Source: an uncultured Methanobacteriaceae archaeon (GTDB lineage: Archaea; Methanobacteriota; Methanobacteria; Methanobacteriales; Methanobacteriaceae). Taken from it: a DNA stretch of 32,000 nt. This document shows positions 25,983 to 32,000 of this stretch, piece after piece. Within the stretch, counting starts at the first letter, position 1. Each line of letters begins with the position of its first letter. Below the pieces are notes generated by a model. The model did no database searches. It was given only the letters and a program-made list of their open reading frames with translations, and had not been told where the DNA came from. A program made the position numbers and the translations under genes. The stretch spans positions 245,788 through 277,787 of the forward strand of contig CAWHRV010000008.1 in NCBI GenBank assembly GCA_963831915.1. Reading direction: 5' to 3'.

Positions 25983-28492
25983 TTTATCACTTTTTCACTT
26001 ATGAATTCACTTAAAAATATGGTTGAAGCAACAACTACTATTAAAGCCCAATCCATGTATGAAATTGCTGTTGTCCTGAATATACCCTGTAGAAATGGTA
26101 GGTATATAACACTTAACTGTAGTAAGAAAGATGCAGCAACCGCTATGAGTAATGTTTTGTTGGGAATCATACCCTTGGCCTTGCAGTTGAATACGTTGAA
26201 TATTTGATACATGACAAAAACTGTGAATGCAACTGTTGTAGCAGTTATAACACTTGCTCCACTGTTTAATTTGTAAACGTATAGTAAAAGAGTACCTATA
26301 CTCATTACAATACCTGCAATTACAATTCGGATTAAGTTTCTTCGAGGTATGATGTTTCCTTTACTTGGTTTGCGTTCCATAACATTTGCTTCAGAAGGTT
26401 CAACACCCAGTGACTGTGCAGGAGGCCCATCCATTATTATATTTATCCAAAGTATTTGTATAGGATTGAATGGTATTGGTAGACTGGCGAGAGATGCCAC
26501 AGTTATGGTTAGTATTGCCCCAATGTTTGTTGAGAGCTGGAATTTAACAAACCGTTTAATGTTGTCAAAAATGGTACGCCCCTCTTTAACAGCTTCAACT
26601 ATGGTTGCAAAGTTGTCATCTTGAAGTAGCATATCTGAAGATTCCTTTGCAACATCTGTACCTGAACCCATTGCAACACCTATAGCTGCCTTTTTAAGTG
26701 CAGGTGCATCATTAACTCCATCACCAGTCATTGCAACTACCTGTCCCCTGGATTTAAGAGCCTCAACTATTCTTACCTTCTGTTCAGGAAAAACCCGGGC
26801 GTAGACATTCACATCTTGAACCATTTCTTTAAATTTCTCATCATCAATTTTATCTAGATCAGGCCCAGTTAAAACCTTTCCGCCCTTTAAAATACCAATT
26901 TCAGATGCTATTGCTGCAGCTGTATCTTTGTTATCCCCTGTTATCATGACAACCTTGATACCTGCTTTTTCACATAGTGCAACAGCTTCTTTAGCCTCTT
27001 TTCTAGGCGGATCCATCATGCCCACCAGTCCAACATATATCAAGTTACTTTCAAGAGCATCCTTATCTTCATAATCTTCATCAGGATCCATCTTACGGTA
27101 GGCAAGGGCTAAAACCCTGAGGGCTTCGGATGTCATACCCTTTAAATCTTCAAGAACCTCTTTCCTGTTCTCTTCAGTAATCTCACTTAGCTCCCCATCC
27201 TCTTCAACCATGTTACAGCGTTCTATGATTATTTCCGGTGCACCTTTGGTAAGTACGTACCTGTCCCCATGGAAATTATTTACTGTGGTCATCCTCTTTC
27301 TTTCACTGTCAAGTGGTATCTCAAAAATTCTTTTATGAACCTCTTCCAGTTCATCCCTTTTGTAATCATTTTCTTCTGCGTAAACAAGCATAGCACCATC
27401 GGTTGGATCACCAATAACTTTTCCATTAGAAATGCTTGAATTATTACATAATGCAGATATTTTAAATGCCATTTCAGGTGATGTTATTCTAGTTTGGCGT
27501 ACTGTCATCTTGTTTTTGGTAAGAGTACCTGTTTTATCCGTGCATATGGTTGTGCATGAGCCCAGTGTTTCCACAGCTAATAGTTTTCGAACTACTGCAT
27601 TACTTTTAGCCATCCTCTGCATACCAAGTGCAAGTGTAAGAGTTAATATTGCAGGTAACCCCTCAGGTACAGCTGCAACTGCTAGTGAAACTGCTGTCAA
27701 GAAATTTTCAACAATCGGTACTCCCTTGAAGAACTGGAGAGTGAATACACCCGTACACACAAGCAGTGCTAATAATCCCATCAACTTACCTAAGCCGTGA
27801 ATCCTATCCTGAAGGGGTGTTTTTTGTTCCTCACCCTGTATCATTTCTGCAATTTTTCCTATTGCTGTGTTCATACCTATTTCAACTACAACACCCCTAG
27901 CACGTCCGGATGACACATAGGTGTCCATGAATGCCAGATTGGTTGTTTCATCTTCTGAAAGAGAATTTTCATCCTTTTCGGATGGTTTTGATTCTCCAGT
28001 TAGGGCAGATTCATCCACCATGAGATCGTAGCTTTTTAATAACCTTAGGTCAGCTGGAACATTGTCACCTTCTTCGAGTACAACCACATCACCAACAGTA
28101 AGTTCACTCGCTGACGTTTTCTGCGGTTCACCGTCACGAATAACAACAGCCTCTGAAGATGTCATGCTTTTAAGCTGTTCCATTGCGTTTTCTGCACGAT
28201 TCTCTTGAATAAACCCTATAACTGCATTTAAAATAACCACTATAAGTATGACAATTGCATCTGTTATGTCCCCTATAATTGCTGCTGCAATAGCTGCCAC
28301 AATAAGCAGTATTATAAGAAAATCCTTGAACTGTCCAATAAACTTCGTTATAGGGCCGGGTTTTTCCTTTTCAATAAGCTCATTTTTACCGTATTCATCC
28401 TGTCTTTCTTTGACTTCTTCACTTGATAATCCATTATAATTAGATTTTATTATCTTTAAAGTATCATCTGCGCTTTTATTTTGCCATTTCAT
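25979..28492 (-). CDS. P2-type cation-transporting ATPase (SERCA/PMCA-like, Ca2+ or related cation)
   Basis: Cation_ATPase_N-like LSSEEVKERQDEYGKNEL. TGES. TM4 AAVPEGLP. Phosphorylation site CTDKTGTLT. KGAPE. MITGDN. TGDGVNDAPALK. No CPC or HMA heavy-metal motifs. I prefer the ATG at 28492, which forms ATGA with the upstream stop. GTG 28501 is the longest ORF. Confidence 0.9.
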   Translation of the reverse strand: MKWQNKSADDTLKIIKSNYNGLSSEEVKERQDEYGKNELIEKEKPGPITKFIGQFKDFLIILLIVAAIAAAIIGDITDAIVILIVVILNAVIGFIQENRAENAMEQLKSMTSSEAVVIRDGEPQKTSASELTVGDVVVLEEGDNVPADLRLLKSYDLMVDESALTGESKPSEKDENSLSEDETTNLAFMDTYVSSGRARGVVVEIGMNTAIGKIAEMIQGEEQKTPLQDRIHGLGKLMGLLALLVCTGVFTLQFFKGVPIVENFLTAVSLAVAAVPEGLPAILTLTLALGMQRMAKSNAVVRKLLAVETLGSCTTICTDKTGTLTKNKMTVRQTRITSPEMAFKISALCNNSSISNGKVIGDPTDGAMLVYAEENDYKRDELEEVHKRIFEIPLDSERKRMTTVNNFHGDRYVLTKGAPEIIIERCNMVEEDGELSEITEENRKEVLEDLKGMTSEALRVLALAYRKMDPDEDYEDKDALESNLIYVGLVGMMDPPRKEAKEAVALCEKAGIKVVMITGDNKDTAAAIASEIGILKGGKVLTGPDLDKIDDEKFKEMVQDVNVYARVFPEQKVRIVEALKSRGQVVAMTGDGVNDAPALKKAAIGVAMGSGTDVAKESSDMLLQDDNFATIVEAVKEGRTIFDNIKRFVKFQLSTNIGAILTITVASLASLPIPFNPIQILWINIIMDGPPAQSLGVEPSEANVMERKPSKGNIIPRRNLIRIVIAGIVMSIGTLLLYVYKLNSGASVITATTVAFTVFVMYQIFNVFNCKAKGMIPNKTLLIAVAASFLLQLSVIYLPFLQGIFRTTAISYMDWALIVVVASTIFLSEFISEKVIK

Positions 28493-28887
28493 ATTAAACA
28501 CTTCTTATAAAAAATTGCTTTTTTGTAATTGATAAGTTTCATATCCTTATCTGGTTTGATAAATTCTGTTGAAATTGGTTTGAAAATTAAGTCTGCTCCC
28601 ACAGATTCTGCAACCATTTTTATGTGTGGTTGAAGTTCCTCTGGAGGACGTATTGAGTAGATCAAAGATGCTCCCCTATATAAATTTAAGTCAGGATGTG
28701 TTATATCATCTACAACTACTTGGTCATGGTAAGGTTTAATATCTGTCATGATGATATCCATGTTAAGATGTTCTTGGAGTGTGAGGGCAACCAATGGAAA
28801 TCCCCCAACACCAACCTCAACGATCCGAGATGCATTCTTGTAATTTGCAATGATATAATCTGATAAGTCTTTCCACATTTTTAACAC
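28489..28887 (-). CDS. UPF0146-family small protein (Rossmann, methyltransferase-like fold)
   Basis: RIVEVGVGGF glycine loop, MTDIKP and LIYSIRPPEELQ. As I recall, this matches the UPF0146 family known from Methanothermobacter. Start is GTG 28887 or ATG 28878. Confidence 0.65.
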   Translation of the reverse strand: MLKMWKDLSDYIIANYKNASRIVEVGVGGFPLVALTLQEHLNMDIIMTDIKPYHDQVVVDDITHPDLNLYRGASLIYSIRPPEELQPHIKMVAESVGADLIFKPISTEFIKPDKDMKLINYKKAIFYKKCLI

Positions 28888-28904
28888 TTCTACTGGAGTA
28901 ATTC

Positions 28905-29339
28905 ATGATAATAAGAGAATTTAAACGCCCGGACGTTAAAAGAGTCCTTGAAATTGAGAAGGCGTCCTTCGATGATCCGTACCCTGCCGATATTTTGATT
29001 GATATATACAATCTCGGTGCAGGATTTCTTGTTGCCCAGGAAAATAATAGGGTTGTAGGATATATTATATTTTGGATCAAGTTCGAAGATGAAGGACACA
29101 TAATATCCATAGCAGTTGACAAAAGTTACAGAAGGCATGACGTGGGGTCCAAACTTGTTGAAACCAGCCTCGATGTCTTCAAGAAGTTCAGTGTGAAGGA
29201 TATTAAACTTGAAGTAAGGGTTGGAAACAGAGGGGCCAGAAAATTCTACAGTAAAATGGGATTTAAAGAAGAAAAAATTGTTGAAGATTATTATGAAGAC
29301 CATGAAGATGCTGTTATTATGAGCAGAGACATGGAATAG
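28905..29339 (+). CDS. rimI: GNAT N-acetyltransferase, RimI-like
   Basis: 144 aa. GHIISIAVDKSYRRHDVGSKLV (acetyl-CoA motif A). VRVGNRGARKFYSKMGF. GGAG lies 5 nt before the ATG. Confidence 0.8.
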   Translation: MIIREFKRPDVKRVLEIEKASFDDPYPADILIDIYNLGAGFLVAQENNRVVGYIIFWIKFEDEGHIISIAVDKSYRRHDVGSKLVETSLDVFKKFSVKDIKLEVRVGNRGARKFYSKMGFKEEKIVEDYYEDHEDAVIMSRDME

Positions 29340-29563
29340 TTTTTTAGATAAAAGTTGAAGATTATAAATAATTCTATTATGGATATCCGAAATAATCTAA
29401 TTAATAAACTAAGTAGAATAAACTAACTGATCAAGATCATGAATTATTGGTACTTGATAAAAAATCTAATTAAAGATCAGATATAAATTTAGGATGATTA
29501 AGGTCTAAGTTCTAGATCAACTAACTAAGGATTTTGATTACAATTAATTTAACCGGTGATGAA

Positions 29564-30646
29564 ATGCTAAAAGAGGCTAAATTAGCTTTAGAAGATGGTA
29601 CAATACTTAAAGGAGAAGGATTCGGTTTTGAAACCATTAAAACAGGAGAAGTGGTTTTTGCTACTGGAATGACCGGATACGTAGAATCACTTACAGATCC
29701 ATCTTACAAAGGTCAAATTCTAATGTCAACCTATCCACTGCAAGGTAATTATGGAATATCCAGGGAATGGTTCCAATCAGATGGAATAAAAGCAGAAGGA
29801 TTTATTGTAAGGGAACAAAACAGTCACCCCTCACATAGACTCTCAAAAGAAAATTTACCCGAGTTCTTAGAGGAATATAAAATACCAGGAATAAGTGGAA
29901 TTGACACCAGATTTTTAACCCTTAAGATCAGGCGGCATGGGGCAATGAAAGGTGCACTTTCAACAGAAGAAATTGACGATGAAGAACTTTTAAAACTGGC
30001 TGTTGAACAACCAAGTATTAGTGAAATCGATCTGGTGGATGAAGTATCTGTAAAAAAACCACATATTATAGGGGAAGATTATAAACACAGAGCTGTGATC
30101 CTTGATTGCGGTATAAAACAGAATAGTATAAATGCGCTCTTAAAAAGAGAGATAGGCGTTGTGGTTTTACCGTATAAAACTGACTATAAAAATATTTTAG
30201 ATTATGACCCTGAAGCCGTGCTTGTTTCAAGCGGGCCTGGAGATCCTACAAGGATAAAAGAAGCTGCAAACACAGTTAAAAATCTATCTGAAAAACTTCC
30301 AATCTTTGGTATATGTCTGGGACAACAGATCATATCCCTTGCTTTCGGTGCAAAGATATACAAAATGAAGTTCGGACACAGGGGAATAAATCAACCTGTA
30401 AAAGATCTTAAGACAGGCAAAGTATCAATAACATCCCAGAACCATGGTTTTACAATTGATTCAAATTCCTGTAGTGATCTACCCATAAAGGTTACTCAAA
30501 TAAACTTGAATGACGGCACTGCTGAAGGATTGGAACACGAAGAACTTCCTATTTATAGTGTGCAGTATCATCCAGAGGCAGGACCAGGACCTCACGATTC
30601 TGACCATTACTTCGACAACTTCCTTAAAACAATGCAGAACTACTAG
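29564..30646 (+). CDS. carA: Carbamoyl-phosphate synthase small (glutaminase) subunit
   Basis: [18 protein letters not shown]-terminus. [10 protein letters not shown]. GATase triad region FGICLGQQ and [19 protein letters not shown] lies just before ATG 29564. The longest ORF starts at TTG 29534. Confidence 0.92.
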   Translation: MLKEAKLALEDGTILKGEGFGFETIKTGEVVFATGMTGYVESLTDPSYKGQILMSTYPLQGNYGISREWFQSDGIKAEGFIVREQNSHPSHRLSKENLPEFLEEYKIPGISGIDTRFLTLKIRRHGAMKGALSTEEIDDEELLKLAVEQPSISEIDLVDEVSVKKPHIIGEDYKHRAVILDCGIKQNSINALLKREIGVVVLPYKTDYKNILDYDPEAVLVSSGPGDPTRIKEAANTVKNLSEKLPIFGICLGQQIISLAFGAKIYKMKFGHRGINQPVKDLKTGKVSITSQNHGFTIDSNSCSDLPIKVTQINLNDGTAEGLEHEELPIYSVQYHPEAGPGPHDSDHYFDNFLKTMQNY

Positions 30647-30797
30647 GAGTCTAAACTTAAATAATAAAAAGTACAATTCTAGATGATAAATCAAATTTAC
30701 AAACTTTCAAGTAACGCTGATTAATCATGAAAAAGTCTTAAAATAGGTCAAAAGGATAATTGAATGATATATAGATTTTAAAGGTAGAGGATCGTAA

Positions 30798-32000
30798 ATG
30801 CCACGGGACATAGAAATAAAAAAAGTTCTTATCATTGGGTCAGGACCCATACAAATAGGTCAGGCTGCTGAATTTGATTATTCTGGTTCACAAGCATGTA
30901 AATCCCTCATGGATGAGGGTATTGAAACTGTTCTTGTAAACAGCAACCCTGCAACCATACAGACTGACATAGATATGGCAGATATCGTGTATGTGGAGCC
31001 CCTGACACCGGAAATCGTTGCAAAAATAATCGAAAAGGAAAAGCCAGACGCCATACTCCCAACCATGGGAGGGCAAACAGGCCTGAATATTGCTACCGGC
31101 CTGGAAAAGATTGGTGCACTGGACGGTATTAAGGTTATAGGTTCTACCGTTCAAACCATAAGGAATGTTGAAGACAGGGACCTTTTTGGGAACTTCATGA
31201 TGGAACTCGAAGAACCAATACCCCATTGCAGGGCAGTTATATCCATTGATGAAGCCATAGAAGCTGTTGCAGAAATTGGATATCCTGTTATTGTTAGACC
31301 AGCATTTACTCTGGGAGGAACAGGTGGTGGTGTAGCTCATAACCAAGAGGAACTAGTTGAAGTGGCAACTAGAGGGCTTGATATGAGCTTTATTAATCAA
31401 GTTCTTATTGACGAATCTGTTATTGGTTGGAAAGAGTTTGAATACGAGGTTATGAGAGATAAAAATGACACTTGTATAATTGTTTGTAACATGGAAAATT
31501 TAGATCCCATGGGAATACATACCGGTGAGAGTGTTGTTGTAGCACCTTCCCAAACATTATCCGACGTTGACAATCAAAGGCTCAGAAATGCATCCATTAA
31601 AATCATTAGAGCATTGCATATTCAGGGCGGTTGTAACATTCAATTTGCATTTAACTCTGAAACAGGTGAGTATAAAGTAATTGAAGTGAATCCTAGAGTA
31701 AGTAGAAGTAGTGCACTGGCATCTAAGGCAACTGGTTATCCCATTGCAAAAATATCAGCGAAAATTGCTGTTGGAATGACCCTAGATGAGATACAGAATG
31801 ATATTACAAAGGAAACACCCGCATCTTTCGAACCCTCCCTTGATTACGTGGTTGCTAAAATTCCAAGATGGCCCTTCGATAAGTTCAAGGCCATTAAAAG
31901 AGAAATAGGAGTACAGATGCAATCAACTGGTGAGGTAATGGCTATTGGTAGAACCATTGAAGAATCACTTCACAAGGCCATTAGATCCCTTGATATTGGA
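30798..32000 (+). CDS. carB: Carbamoyl-phosphate synthase large subunit, N-terminal 401 codons (runs off the right edge)
   Basis: Not in the ORF track because no stop falls in the window. I read the frame by hand from ATG 30798: [37 protein letters not shown]...[13 protein letters not shown]...[23 protein letters not shown]. It is open to base 32000. AGAGGAT Shine-Dalgarno lies upstream. Confidence 0.93.
   Translation, partial: MPRDIEIKKVLIIGSGPIQIGQAAEFDYSGSQACKSLMDEGIETVLVNSNPATIQTDIDMADIVYVEPLTPEIVAKIIEKEKPDAILPTMGGQTGLNIATGLEKIGALDGIKVIGSTVQTIRNVEDRDLFGNFMMELEEPIPHCRAVISIDEAIEAVAEIGYPVIVRPAFTLGGTGGGVAHNQEELVEVATRGLDMSFINQVLIDESVIGWKEFEYEVMRDKNDTCIIVCNMENLDPMGIHTGESVVVAPSQTLSDVDNQRLRNASIKIIRALHIQGGCNIQFAFNSETGEYKVIEVNPRVSRSSALASKATGYPIAKISAKIAVGMTLDEIQNDITKETPASFEPSLDYVVAKIPRWPFDKFKAIKREIGVQMQSTGEVMAIGRTIEESLHKAIRSLDIG

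Noticed and set aside
28817-29303. Two minus-strand ORFs (101 aa and 137 aa)
   Set aside because: Both are antisense to rimI. They have no motifs and an odd composition, while the plus-strand GNAT reading is clearly the real one.
30888-31346. 152-aa minus-strand ORF, and the 62-aa ORF at 30878-31066
   Set aside because: Both are antisense to carB, whose frame I read as open from 30798 to the window end with textbook CarB motifs.

Overview
AT-rich chromosomal segment from a pseudomurein-containing methanogen, probably a Methanobacterium-like member of the Methanobacteriales. The taxon call is an inference from membrane-inserted LonB, PAN, archaeal MBF1, GGTGAT/GGAGG-type Shine-Dalgarno sequences, oligo-T terminators and a Mur-ligase/MraY-like cluster. 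Most of the window is housekeeping: hypA (5' end only), prs, a DEAD-box helicase, lonB, cobQ, trkA, a DASS-type permease, two tRNA-Gly genes, a CBS protein, nikR, a PRMT-like methyltransferase, a HycI-type hydrogenase protease, mbf1, pan, cbiJ, a P2-type ATPase, a UPF0146 protein, rimI and carA/carB. The centre (13.7-20.8 kb) is a same-strand pseudomurein peptide-synthesis cluster: one ATP-grasp enzyme, one MraY-like transferase and three tandem Mur-ligase paralogues. It is followed at 20.9-23.1 kb by three unassignable genes, two of them exported or membrane-anchored and joined by an ATGA overlap. I consider these the best candidate for an undescribed envelope system; the first looks POTRA/FtsQ-like. 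A canonical 56-nt C/D box sRNA absent from the ORF track lies at 25064-25119. Its D' guide and the +5 rule point at C34 of a CAU-anticodon loop (tRNA-Met). I found no CRISPR array, transposase, integrase or rRNA.
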